A stretch of 32,639 bases of DNA from an uncultured Nitrososphaerota archaeon (GTDB lineage Archaea; Asgardarchaeota; Njordarchaeia; Njordarchaeales; Panguiarchaeaceae), in the NCBI GenBank assembly GCA_964636085.1, contig CAZWPQ010000001.1:1-32639 (forward strand), given 5' to 3'. The position numbers and the translations under genes were made by a program. This document shows, in pieces, positions 1 through 9,049 of the stretch. Numbering within the stretch: the first letter of the stretch is position 1; each line of letters starts with the position of its first letter. The notes under the pieces were generated by a model, which had not been told where the DNA came from, searched no databases, and saw only the letters and a program-made list of their open reading frames with translations.

Positions 1-22
1 CCCAATACAAAAAATTTGTTTA

Positions 23-274
23 TTATTCATCGAACTTTAGGGCCTGCTCATACATCTTTATTGCCCTAGCAACCACAGGACAGTCATCAAACGTGCACAA
101 ACGTCCCGTTTTTCTACATTTTATGCTCTCGATATCTGGGGGAGTAAATTCTGCATATATACATACAACTCTGAAATATTCCCATATTTTGTAGTAAAGG
201 GTCTTCTTTAGGTCTCTATCGCTTATATCTGGGGGGAGATATCCTAGTCTTACTAGGGTAAGAAAGTTCCCCAA
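23..274 (-). CDS. Small hypothetical protein with four Cys (possible metal-binding)
   Basis: 83-aa ORF, TTG start 2 nt downstream of the GAPDH stop; pattern C-x14-C-x6-C-x4-C (CIYAEF...KCRKTGRLCTFDDCP); followed by a T7 tract on the - strand (8-15). Confidence 0.65.
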   Translation of the reverse strand: MGNFLTLVRLGYLPPDISDRDLKKTLYYKIWEYFRVVCIYAEFTPPDIESIKCRKTGRLCTFDDCPVVARAIKMYEQALKFDE

Positions 275-276
275 TT

Positions 277-1299
277 CTATAACCTACTAAGTATCCCCAA
301 GCTTCTGTCAGTTTTCTTAATACTTGTTTCTGGATCATCACATAATTTATATGCGGCCCTCACGGCATCGATGTTCTCTGGTACAACGATTGCCTCTTGA
401 TGAACCGCATACATCATCCATAGTTCTCTGCCGTGTAATTTTATGCTCTCGTCAAACACCATAACCTCATAGATATCATTGCGTTCTCTTCCCATGTCCC
501 GAGCCAGCTCAATTATGGATGCCGTAGAATCCAATTTTAGCTTCTTTGATGGAATGACTATTATTCTCGGGGCCTCTATGAGCTTATCTATTAAGAGGCT
601 CTTATCGACATTATCCGCAAACTCAACATTTAGGATATGCATGTGCATAATTGTTGTGGGAACAACAACCGCGGTAGTCATTATATCTATCTCGCCAAGC
701 ACGGTTTTTACATCATCGGCATGGTGACTAGGTATTTTTAAAGATGGAACAATTGCATTTATGGGGCCCTTCTTAGATTCCCACGGGTCAGCAGCCCTAC
801 GTACCAGCACAACCCTCACTCTTCTTATTGGCGCTATTTTGCCTAGTTCAACCAGTATTCTAGCAATAGCTGTTGTGTTGCATGAAACTACCCTTATATA
901 CCTCTTTCCTATAGCATCTCTATAGTTTGCTTGAGCAGTAAAGCTAACCTCGGCAACTTCTGGTTTTTCTCCCCCTTGAAATATGGCTATTTTCTTATGT
1001 GCCTCATAGAATAGTTTATTCCTCTCACCAATCCCCTTAGGAGATGTGTCAATAAAGACATCAATGTTATCAACTACGTCACGTAGTACACCCGCCACTT
1101 TTATGCCATGCTCCTCAAATAATTCTATGTGCTCATTATCAAGCACATAGAGAGGGATGCCTTGTCTATTTGCCACATACGCTTTATGGTCAGGAGTTTT
1201 TTTAGCGACACCAACGAGTTCCATATCTTCTTGTTTCATTATAGCAGATGCAACGCGCTTACCGATTGTACCGAACCCATTCACAAATATTCTTACCAT
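277..1299 (-). CDS. gap: Type II (archaeal) NAD(P)-dependent phosphorylating glyceraldehyde-3-phosphate dehydrogenase
   Basis: NGFGTIGKRVA Rossmann motif, FQGGEK, catalytic VVSCNTT, PSHH, HQEAIVVPENIDA; likely start is ATG at 1299 after a GGTGGTG SD. Confidence 0.97.
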   Translation of the reverse strand: MVRIFVNGFGTIGKRVASAIMKQEDMELVGVAKKTPDHKAYVANRQGIPLYVLDNEHIELFEEHGIKVAGVLRDVVDNIDVFIDTSPKGIGERNKLFYEAHKKIAIFQGGEKPEVAEVSFTAQANYRDAIGKRYIRVVSCNTTAIARILVELGKIAPIRRVRVVLVRRAADPWESKKGPINAIVPSLKIPSHHADDVKTVLGEIDIMTTAVVVPTTIMHMHILNVEFADNVDKSLLIDKLIEAPRIIVIPSKKLKLDSTASIIELARDMGRERNDIYEVMVFDESIKLHGRELWMMYAVHQEAIVVPENIDAVRAAYKLCDDPETSIKKTDRSLGILSRL

Positions 1300-1325
1300 C
1301 ACCACCACCAATAGGTTGTTGATAG

Positions 1326-2282
1326 CTATATAACATATAAAAATAATACAATTAGACCGACCGCAGATAGGACGGGTATTGGTAGAGCAGGAAGGGCCCT
1401 AACCTCGTATTTAAGGAGTAAAATAAATGTTAGTATTGCCCCCCCAAACAAAGCAACTGCAACTATTGCGACCTCGATAATGTTTAATACGGCATATGCA
1501 TATGAGATCGCGAATGAATAGAAGAATATATCTCCTAACCCAATAATTACGCCATATGGTTCTTCGCCTGCCTTTTTATCAGTGTTCATTAGTAATTCTG
1601 TTAGATCCCTGAGTGGACCCCTAAATACACTATATATATCATAGGTGGCTAGCCCCACCAAGATAACTATTGGTGTTAACATGCCAGATGTCCATCCAAG
1701 CCATACGGCCGCCCATATGGCATTAAGTATTAATATGGCGTTTCTGATATTTAGGTATTTCATCTTGATTATGGAGAAAACATAAAGTACACAGAAAATA
1801 GCGACAAATATCCAAGAAATATACACAATAAATGGAACTAACGCCTCGACACCATGAAGGCCCATATACCACAGGTAGGAGAAAATATATGCTTGGTATA
1901 GAATGATCATCGTCTGTGTGAAGGTGAATATGAGGATCATAATAACAAAGGTCATAAACAACTTGAGTATTCCAATTTTTCCATATTTGACCAATGCTAT
2001 GATCGCTAATGTGACTATAAATATCATGACAAGGATATATGCCAAATTTATTATTGATGCCTTTCCACCCATCTTAGATTCCTTAGCTGGCATTGCTTCC
2101 TCAGTTACTTGACCCCCAAAGAAATATCCGACTACAACGGATGTAGAAAAGGCTACTACTAGCGTTAAAACCAAAATTAAAGAGGTTGCCTTCAATACTT
2201 TTCTAGGGGTACGTTCCACTGGTAGTATTACAAGCGGCATCGCTATTGTTAAGTCATCAACAACAGGCTTTGACAATGTCAA
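1326..2282 (-). CDS. Presenilin-family (A22) intramembrane aspartyl protease
   Basis: ~9 hydrophobic segments; YD motif (ATYDIYSVFRGPLRDL), GxGD motif (IGLGDIFFYS), PAL motif (ALPALPIP). Confidence 0.92.
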   Translation of the reverse strand: MTLSKPVVDDLTIAMPLVILPVERTPRKVLKATSLILVLTLVVAFSTSVVVGYFFGGQVTEEAMPAKESKMGGKASIINLAYILVMIFIVTLAIIALVKYGKIGILKLFMTFVIMILIFTFTQTMIILYQAYIFSYLWYMGLHGVEALVPFIVYISWIFVAIFCVLYVFSIIKMKYLNIRNAILILNAIWAAVWLGWTSGMLTPIVILVGLATYDIYSVFRGPLRDLTELLMNTDKKAGEEPYGVIIGLGDIFFYSFAISYAYAVLNIIEVAIVAVALFGGAILTFILLLKYEVRALPALPIPVLSAVGLIVLFLYVI

Positions 2283-2337
2283 TCCCCCTTATTTTAAAAA
2301 AATTGGTTATTATATCTAGTCATTTTGGTGCAGATTC

Positions 2338-2697
2338 ATGAAGGAAGCAAAATGGGCCGAGTTACTTGCTCGCCTTATGGAATATGCCTCAGAAATTTTT
2401 GCCAGTCTTGATGGATTTATAAAGGGGAGTCTGATCGTGGAAGCCGATGCTGAAAAACAGAAGCTACACATCGCCATAACAAAAGATGCGGGAGAGAAAC
2501 TAAACATCGATTTCAATCTCGTCCCCAAAGAGGAGGAACCTAAAAGAGTAGAGGAGGTAAAAACCAAGGAGGAAACTCGAGAAGCAAAGCCAGAGGAGAA
2601 AGTTGAGGCTGAAGAAAAACCGTCAGAGACCGAAATCAAAGAGATGAAAGAGCTTCTAGAGGAGGAAAAGGAAGAGGGAATTTTTGATATCTTCTAA
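2338..2697 (+). CDS. Hypothetical protein with Glu/Lys-rich disordered tail ending EEEKEEGIFDIF
   Basis: 119-aa ORF, GGTG SD upstream, divergent from presenilin, T-tract downstream. Confidence 0.75.
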   Translation: MKEAKWAELLARLMEYASEIFASLDGFIKGSLIVEADAEKQKLHIAITKDAGEKLNIDFNLVPKEEEPKRVEEVKTKEETREAKPEEKVEAEEKPSETEIKEMKELLEEEKEEGIFDIF

Positions 2698-2760
2698 CCT
2701 CCTTTAATGTTTTTTTGATCCAAGCAAAATATACCATGTAGTATTCATATAGTATTACTA

Positions 2761-3090
2761 CTATACTAGAGTCTCGTATAGATATGCCCCTGGACCAGCC
2801 GACTCTAGTCTTTTGAGGAAGCCTAATTTAACTAGGCCCTCTAGGAATCTCTTACATGTCGATACCTTGACCTTGAACTGTTCTGCAAGAATATTTGGAG
2901 ACACTACCTTGTTTCTGAATATATATTTAAGCATGGAGTCCGCTGTTTTTTCATTCATAAACGTAGTTCTCACAATTAGTTTCCATTCTTTTGCTCTTCC
3001 AAACCTCACTTTTCTTATTAGACCCTCTAACCAATCCCCTGTGCTTGACTTTTTTAGTACCTTTCTGACGACTTTACCATATATCGGCAT
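2761..3090 (-). CDS. rps25e: 30S ribosomal protein S25e (eS25)
   Basis: Basic N-terminus plus winged-helix core (KVVSPNILAEQFKVKVSTCKRFLEGLVKLGFLK...YLY) matching the eS25 pattern. Confidence 0.8.
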   Translation of the reverse strand: MPIYGKVVRKVLKKSSTGDWLEGLIRKVRFGRAKEWKLIVRTTFMNEKTADSMLKYIFRNKVVSPNILAEQFKVKVSTCKRFLEGLVKLGFLKRLESAGPGAYLYETLV

Positions 3091-3139
3091 TTTGGGATCC
3101 CCAGAGTTAGAACCCCTTATTTTGTATAAAATAAAAAAT

Positions 3140-4240
3140 TTAGAATGCTTGCCTCTTTAATTCAACATACTTAAATCTAACTGCCGTGTCCTCGCTACCT
3201 AGGCACCTATTTATTATTACCTCATTTAGCGTCGAAACACTCTCAACGACATCTGCAAGTTTAGAGGTTATTCTAACTAGATAAACAAGCGTCTCTTTGT
3301 CAGGCACAATTTCTCCAAGTTCAAAACACAATTTTCTTAACTCTTCTCTCAGTAGAACAGCCTCATTCAGATTCTCATTTGCCCTAAGTGGGTCCAGAGC
3401 ATGTAGGGCGTAAATGCTATGACTGATTATGTCCTCGCATTTATCTATAGCGCTAGCCAATTTCTCTGAAGCCTCATTCGGTATCTTAACATTTGAGTCA
3501 ATCATCTCCCTTAAATCTCCTGCGATCTCATGCACGTAGTCGCCCGCCAATTCTAGGGCCCTTATTATGGCCCTATCCCCGATTATATGTGTGGGATTCT
3601 TAAACCCTAGGTTTAGGGCTAAACTTCTATTTATCTGGGAGGCAACTAATATACGGAGAGCCCACCAATAATCTCTATCCACCTCATTTTCCATAGTCTC
3701 AATGTGCTTAAGAAATTCTGGCTGCCCAATTATCGCCCTTTTTATGTATGCAACCATGCTTAGAAGACTAGCTGATAGCCTCACAACTAGATTAGTAAAA
3801 TCAGTATCGAAATGGGGCCTAAACTCAAATTCTAGACCATCAGGCTTCTCGCGATAGACAGTATTTATGAGTTTATTCGATATCTTCTTCAACCTCTCAA
3901 ACCTTTCATCATGTAGAGATCTAGTCTTAAAAACAACCTTTTTTATTCCCTCCAAATATGCCGCAACCAAAATTCTTTCCAATAATCCCTGCTCTTTTAT
4001 TTGATCCACATGAACATCGAGTACTAGGGATATCTCAGGCGCGACCTGAGAGGACATAGGATACAAAGCTAATGAGCCATCTTGATTTGTAACTAAAAGT
4101 ATTCTGTCACCCCGCTTCAGATTCATCATTCTCAGCCAATCGTGTGGTAATGTTATCACATATGAACTCTTACCCAACCTTAGTATTGACCTTATGTTTG
4201 AGCTACGCCTTACTTTTCTGAGTTCTCCCAATTCACTCAT
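3140..4240 (-). CDS. AbrB-PhoU family phosphate uptake regulator
   Basis: N-terminal AbrB/MazE motif (LGKSSYVITLPHDW...LKRGD), AAYLEG, PhoU repeats (ENEVDRDY; RALELAGDY). Confidence 0.9.
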   Translation of the reverse strand: MSELGELRKVRRSSNIRSILRLGKSSYVITLPHDWLRMMNLKRGDRILLVTNQDGSLALYPMSSQVAPEISLVLDVHVDQIKEQGLLERILVAAYLEGIKKVVFKTRSLHDERFERLKKISNKLINTVYREKPDGLEFEFRPHFDTDFTNLVVRLSASLLSMVAYIKRAIIGQPEFLKHIETMENEVDRDYWWALRILVASQINRSLALNLGFKNPTHIIGDRAIIRALELAGDYVHEIAGDLREMIDSNVKIPNEASEKLASAIDKCEDIISHSIYALHALDPLRANENLNEAVLLREELRKLCFELGEIVPDKETLVYLVRITSKLADVVESVSTLNEVIINRCLGSEDTAVRFKYVELKRQAF

Positions 4241-4272
4241 ATTTTTTCACCATGTATTTACAACATAGATAC

Positions 4273-4331
4273 TCGTATATACAAATTTTATTCCTTATTT
4301 ATAAATATCTCTTTTAGAACAATATATACGA
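4273..4331. promoter_or_regulatory. Nested dyad upstream of the AbrB-PhoU gene: 9-bp inverted repeat flanking a 12-bp palindromic TATA element
   Basis: TCGTATATA (4273-4281) / TATATACGA (4323-4331) are exact reverse complements; TATTTATAAATA (4296-4307) is a perfect palindrome at nearly the same centre. Confidence 0.5.
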
Positions 4332-4344
4332 AAGTTTTAAAATA

Positions 4345-4914
4345 CTAGAGCTTGATTATCGTTTTTTCCACTTTTTGCGTGTCGACAAGGTACATTACCG
4401 TTAATGATGAACCAATAACTTCTATATGAAGAACATATCTGGGATTCTTTAGATCCACTGGTTTGTCAAAATGAGTGGCTACTTTTTTTATTGTCTCCAT
4501 TCTATCGATGATTTTCTTTGTGTGTATCTCAATTTTCCATTTGTCCTTGATGAAGGGGACAAAATATTTTGATTCGTCAGCTATTATGTTTATGTCTGTT
4601 CTAACTATTTTATGTATGATCCGTACCCTAGATATACTTAGCAGTTCTCCCTCATCGAAGGCTCTTTTTATTTCATGGATTATTGCCTCGTATATATTAT
4701 CCACTCGCTCAGGGGTGGCTTTTTCTAATGCTTTTCTTAGATCCACCAATATGAGTCCTTTGACGCCCTCGGGTTTAAAAATTATCTCAGCATCCTTTAG
4801 TTCTGGGATCATTTCTGATAGTGAATCAATAAGTTTACTTACTTCCTCTAGAGCTATATCTCCCCTGTCTCTTGGCATTATTTCGTACGAGAATAATATC
4901 CCATCCATACGCAT
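4345..4914 (-). CDS. THUMP domain RNA-binding protein
   Basis: C-terminal WKIEIH...KPVDLKNPRYVLHIEVIG typical of THUMP. Confidence 0.8.
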   Translation of the reverse strand: MRMDGILFSYEIMPRDRGDIALEEVSKLIDSLSEMIPELKDAEIIFKPEGVKGLILVDLRKALEKATPERVDNIYEAIIHEIKRAFDEGELLSISRVRIIHKIVRTDINIIADESKYFVPFIKDKWKIEIHTKKIIDRMETIKKVATHFDKPVDLKNPRYVLHIEVIGSSLTVMYLVDTQKVEKTIIKL

Positions 4915-4917
4915 AGT

Positions 4918-5667
4918 TTAGCTCACCATCGATATCATATCCAATGCATTCTTGTCCATGTAGACGTTGTTGAACATGACATATATTCTCTCTGCCGATT
5001 TATACTTATGTATTTTGTTTAGAAGTTGTTTTAGATCCCCACTGGTATACTCATACTTATAGTTTAGGTATGGCTTCCCATGCAGCCTAAAATAGACAAC
5101 CTCTTTTATTTCGATGGGTTCATGTATGAATGGATCCACCACATGAATTAGCTTATCGTGCTCCTGAATTATCTCTTTTAGAGCTACAGTATCTTTGAGC
5201 CATTCCCCCCTAGGTTCCCATCCAATCCAAGTGATAGCCCCCGCCTCATCTAGTACCTTGATAAAATACTCAAAAAACCTATGCGCATTGGCAACGTTTT
5301 CATCTGTTGGTGAAAATCTTGCGGGCGTTTGAACGACAAGCACATTTGCGTCCAGTATTTTTGCGTACTTTGCATATATATCTATCCATCTTCTTGTGAG
5401 GTCATTTAGCTTTAGATTCCCTACCTTCTCTCTTTCTTTAGTACTCAGTTTCTTTGAGTACCTCCTCCATGTGGGCATATTTGCCGTGTGCGTCAGTCCT
5501 TGAAACACCTTAATATTAAATATGAACCCTTCTGGCGCCTCGTCTCTCCATTTTTTAACAGTCTTTTCTTGGGGTATATTGTAGAATGTTCGTTGTGTCT
5601 CCACACAGTTAATCTTGCTCGTATAGTATTTCTTCTTGAAGGCACAAACACCAATATATATCCTCAT
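4918..5667 (-). CDS. DUF72 (UPF0759) TIM-barrel protein
   Basis: VETQRTFY, FNIKVFQGLTH, QTPARF, WEPRGEW, HVVDP, YFRLHG, YVMFNN motifs. Confidence 0.92.
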   Translation of the reverse strand: MRIYIGVCAFKKKYYTSKINCVETQRTFYNIPQEKTVKKWRDEAPEGFIFNIKVFQGLTHTANMPTWRRYSKKLSTKEREKVGNLKLNDLTRRWIDIYAKYAKILDANVLVVQTPARFSPTDENVANAHRFFEYFIKVLDEAGAITWIGWEPRGEWLKDTVALKEIIQEHDKLIHVVDPFIHEPIEIKEVVYFRLHGKPYLNYKYEYTSGDLKQLLNKIHKYKSAERIYVMFNNVYMDKNALDMISMVS

Positions 5668-6095
5668 TGCTTCTCTTCCCCTCTTTTATCGATCGACAGC
5701 ACATATACTTCATACATAGCCGACGAGTCTGGGAGGCCGAATCTTCTTCTAAAACTAAAGCCAGGTAGGATGCGGGGTCTCTCTTCCTCCACAATTCTAT
5801 CCACAAAAGTTTTCCAGTCATCCACTAGTGCCGAGTCTACACTAACAAAATATTTGTCAGCTATCTCAATAGCGACTACGGAATTTAAGAATTCCTGGCC
5901 ATTCAGTACAATTTTTATTCCATATATACAAAGAACCTTAAAATCCTCTTCAACCTCCCTAATCCTGTACTCCCTAAAGCCAGCCCTCTGATCTAGCCAA
6001 GAGATCCATAACACCAACTCATATTTGGCTAGTTCACTTATGTTTCTCTTGTTAAGCAATTCAACTACATGCTCGATTTCTGATTTATCTATCAA
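5664..6095 (-). CDS. Hypothetical protein
   Basis: 143-aa ORF with GGTG SD; its TGA overlaps the DUF72 start (ATGA), so it is probably first in an operon with DUF72 and THUMP. Confidence 0.75.
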   Translation of the reverse strand: MIDKSEIEHVVELLNKRNISELAKYELVLWISWLDQRAGFREYRIREVEEDFKVLCIYGIKIVLNGQEFLNSVVAIEIADKYFVSVDSALVDDWKTFVDRIVEEERPRILPGFSFRRRFGLPDSSAMYEVYVLSIDKRGEEKQ

Positions 6096-6128
6096 TCATT
6101 ACACCCCTATTTTTGATTAGAACTGTAT

Positions 6129-6146
6129 AAATAAAAAAGAAAAAAT
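6129..6146 (-). terminator. Oligo-T archaeal terminator
   Basis: TTTTTTCTTTTTT on the - strand just after the stop of 6149-7834. Confidence 0.45.
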
Positions 6147-6148
6147 TG

Positions 6149-7834
6149 TTATGTTATCATCACAACAGGGAATGCAGCTGTGGCTATTGATGCCCATAAT
6201 ACTGCACTTGCTAATGCATGTGGCAGTATTTCTCTTGTTGCATAATACGAAGTTGCCGCCAGTCCTTCAGTTAATACCGCAACTAAGATCATTCCAAACA
6301 TTCCTGCTAGGGCGACGACTTGGAAGGGCGATATGAAGTAGATTAATGCAGATATGATTACTATGACTACCATCTTAGATAGGAGAGAGATCATTATGGA
6401 TATTAATGCTGCTCTCCTCTTCTTACCACCAAAGATTTCCTGTATCTGTGCTCTAAACAAGTATTCATGGAATATAAAATAGCCAAATATCATCAGGCCT
6501 AGTGGTATTGATATAAGAATCCTACCAACACTACGAGGAGTCATGGGCATAAATATGTCCCCCAGAGTAACATCTAGTATGAATAGGAATATAGCTGCCT
6601 CTAGAGAACCAAGTATTATACACCTCCGTAGATCGCTTCTTATGTACAGATATACCTTTCTAATCATTACGTCTACATCCTTTCCAGATAAAAACATTGA
6701 GGCTGCTATCAAGGCAATTGTAGCTACAAATAGGTAGCCACCAACCAAAATAGGAATTATGTAGCCTACCTTACCGGCAATACCTGTTATTACGGATAGG
6801 AACAAGAATAGACTAAGACTAGTTACCAACGGCCATACCACAAATGCGGCTATAATAGTACTCTTAATTAGCTTAATCGTTGGAAATCTCTTACCACCAG
6901 ATATCATACCTAATCTATCCGCAAAAATCAATGGAGACATAGATACGACCACAAGACCAGCCAATGCCGCTAGTGCCTTTAGGCTGGCCATTGTTGTTGA
7001 AAGCACCACCACATGAATAAGGCCTTTTCCAAGGCATAACCCTAGCCACTTTATCGACTCCTCGATTATCGCGGGGTCATATGGTTCAAAAATATGGTCG
7101 GAGTTTGGTGATACATAGATCCTTCTTGCCGTACCATTGCTAAAGTCCCCTATAATGTTGCCTACTTCTACACTACTGGGTGATTTGGGATTTATATACC
7201 GCTTCAAATCGTCAACAAAAATAAACTCATCATACTTGCCTATACATAGTAGGATGTTTCTTGGTATGGTACTATTGACAATCCCTTCAACATATGGTGG
7301 TGCTATGGCTATTGTCGCCAGAATATTAAAGTCCCTGTCATAGTCTCTTGACATTAACAAGGCAAACAGCCCACCAAGTGAATGGCCCCCAAAAACTACA
7401 TATTCGTCATCAACCTTATTTCTTAGATATGATGCAACTGCACTTCTAAATTCGTATGATTGGTTTATTAATTTTTCTAATGCCTTTTCTGGTTCTTGCA
7501 GATCATCATATTTAAGTTTGTATGCGCCTCCAGTCTTACCATGACCTGGCTGATCGATGAGTATAACTCTCCAGCCGTATCTAACAAGATCCGTTGCAAA
7601 AGATTTCATCATGTTTTTAGAGGCTAGTATTCCATGTATAAGAACCACCGTTCCCTCCCGCTCGCCATATGGCTCCATTACTAGTACGCTTATCTTGTAT
7701 TCTCCAGTATCGATATATTCCTCATATTTGTTGGCTATACCCTTGTTTAATAATAAAGTGCCTAGGCCATAGAGGACAATGAATACCATTATGCCGATTA
7801 GAAAAACCCCTTCGCTTTTTCTCATATACATCAC
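6149..7834 (-). CDS. Membrane-anchored alpha/beta hydrolase fused to a C-terminal multi-TM domain
   Basis: N-terminal TM; LIHG, DQPGHG, nucleophile GHSLGG, Asp (YDEF), His (SDHIFE); ~8 C-terminal TM segments with HEYLFR motif. Confidence 0.85.
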   Translation of the reverse strand: MMYMRKSEGVFLIGIMVFIVLYGLGTLLLNKGIANKYEEYIDTGEYKISVLVMEPYGEREGTVVLIHGILASKNMMKSFATDLVRYGWRVILIDQPGHGKTGGAYKLKYDDLQEPEKALEKLINQSYEFRSAVASYLRNKVDDEYVVFGGHSLGGLFALLMSRDYDRDFNILATIAIAPPYVEGIVNSTIPRNILLCIGKYDEFIFVDDLKRYINPKSPSSVEVGNIIGDFSNGTARRIYVSPNSDHIFEPYDPAIIEESIKWLGLCLGKGLIHVVVLSTTMASLKALAALAGLVVVSMSPLIFADRLGMISGGKRFPTIKLIKSTIIAAFVVWPLVTSLSLFLFLSVITGIAGKVGYIIPILVGGYLFVATIALIAASMFLSGKDVDVMIRKVYLYIRSDLRRCIILGSLEAAIFLFILDVTLGDIFMPMTPRSVGRILISIPLGLMIFGYFIFHEYLFRAQIQEIFGGKKRRAALISIMISLLSKMVVIVIISALIYFISPFQVVALAGMFGMILVAVLTEGLAATSYYATREILPHALASAVLWASIATAAFPVVMIT

Positions 7835-7835
7835 C

Positions 7836-8990
7836 CTATAACCATATACCTCGAACCAAGGGTAGGTCTGCCCTTGTAATTATCTTCTTTGTGTACTCCT
7901 TTACTCTCTGAAACGACATACACATAAAGTTTCTTTTTTCTTCCACGCTCATATGTCCTCTCCATCCCCTTATTGTATATAGAACTGTGTTGAGTAGAAG
8001 AATTTGCTCCTTAGGTAAGGATAGATCCAGTAACGATCCCGAAACATTAAGACTATATGCTATATTTGTAAGAATTTGTGCCCTCCCAATTCTGTCATAG
8101 AATCTCCACCTCTCATATGCAATACATCCATCAAACCTAGCATCCGAGGGCAATGTATCCATAACCAGCGAGGATTTAGAGAAATCACGAAGAATATCAT
8201 ATTGGCCTATTGGTATCTCCAGACCAAAGTCTTCTAGCAATCCCTCCGCCAATCTTATCTCCCTCTCGGATGGATCAAGCGCTATTATTTGGACACCAAG
8301 TCTAGTGAAAAATTGAGCCACATTTACCACCCCAAATCCTGATCCCAGACCCGTCATGAGTAGATATAACTTTTCTTTACGTTCTACACTCATTACCTCC
8401 CTAATATAGCGGTAAAACATGTCGCATGCTTTCAGTCTTATAGAAGCCATTTGGGGTGAAAACTCAAATGGCTCAAAAGCTATGGCTGCATCCTTAACCC
8501 AGTCCAACTCACGATTTCCAGTCAAGAGAACATCGACAATACTTTCACCCATTAATCTTATTACCTCAAACACAGCCCTCAAAGGCGTCTTCATAAATTC
8601 ATCCACTACAGCTGGTTTCTTTATCTTTCTCTTAAAGTATCGTATCTTGTATCTCCCAGCAGCCTCATCTAGTATGCCCATATAGACAAGCGAGTCAAGG
8701 ATCTCTCTGAGCAACAACGTATCGACTATATAATGCTCGTAACACACTTCCATTGTGGACCTAGGTCTCTTCAATGTTTTATCTAAACCAAGCTCATAGA
8801 ACGCTTCCATAATCTCCTTCGCAGCAGCCCAATTTAGTGCCCTAAGTAAATCAAAAATATTATACCTAGCGACTTTCCTCAACTTCGAATAGGGCTCCTT
8901 ACTGAGGAAATCATCCAGACACTTCCCACTCAGACTTGACAATCCGAACACATCAGTGATTCCGTCACAAAAAATCGTAAAAATACACAA
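7836..8990 (-). CDS. Class I SAM-dependent methyltransferase-like protein with N-terminal winged helix
   Basis: wHTH-like LLREILDSLVYMGILDE; GxGxG motif (TGLGSGFG), acidic ALDPS, FDGCI, LNVSGSL; true start uncertain, possibly a GTG slightly downstream. Confidence 0.65.
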   Translation of the reverse strand: MCIFTIFCDGITDVFGLSSLSGKCLDDFLSKEPYSKLRKVARYNIFDLLRALNWAAAKEIMEAFYELGLDKTLKRPRSTMEVCYEHYIVDTLLLREILDSLVYMGILDEAAGRYKIRYFKRKIKKPAVVDEFMKTPLRAVFEVIRLMGESIVDVLLTGNRELDWVKDAAIAFEPFEFSPQMASIRLKACDMFYRYIREVMSVERKEKLYLLMTGLGSGFGVVNVAQFFTRLGVQIIALDPSEREIRLAEGLLEDFGLEIPIGQYDILRDFSKSSLVMDTLPSDARFDGCIAYERWRFYDRIGRAQILTNIAYSLNVSGSLLDLSLPKEQILLLNTVLYTIRGWRGHMSVEEKRNFMCMSFQRVKEYTKKIITRADLPLVRGIWL

Positions 8991-9049
8991 AGTTTTCTCT
9001 TGTTGTCATATTATTGACTTTTTATTATCCTATTTATAGGTGAAGAAGG

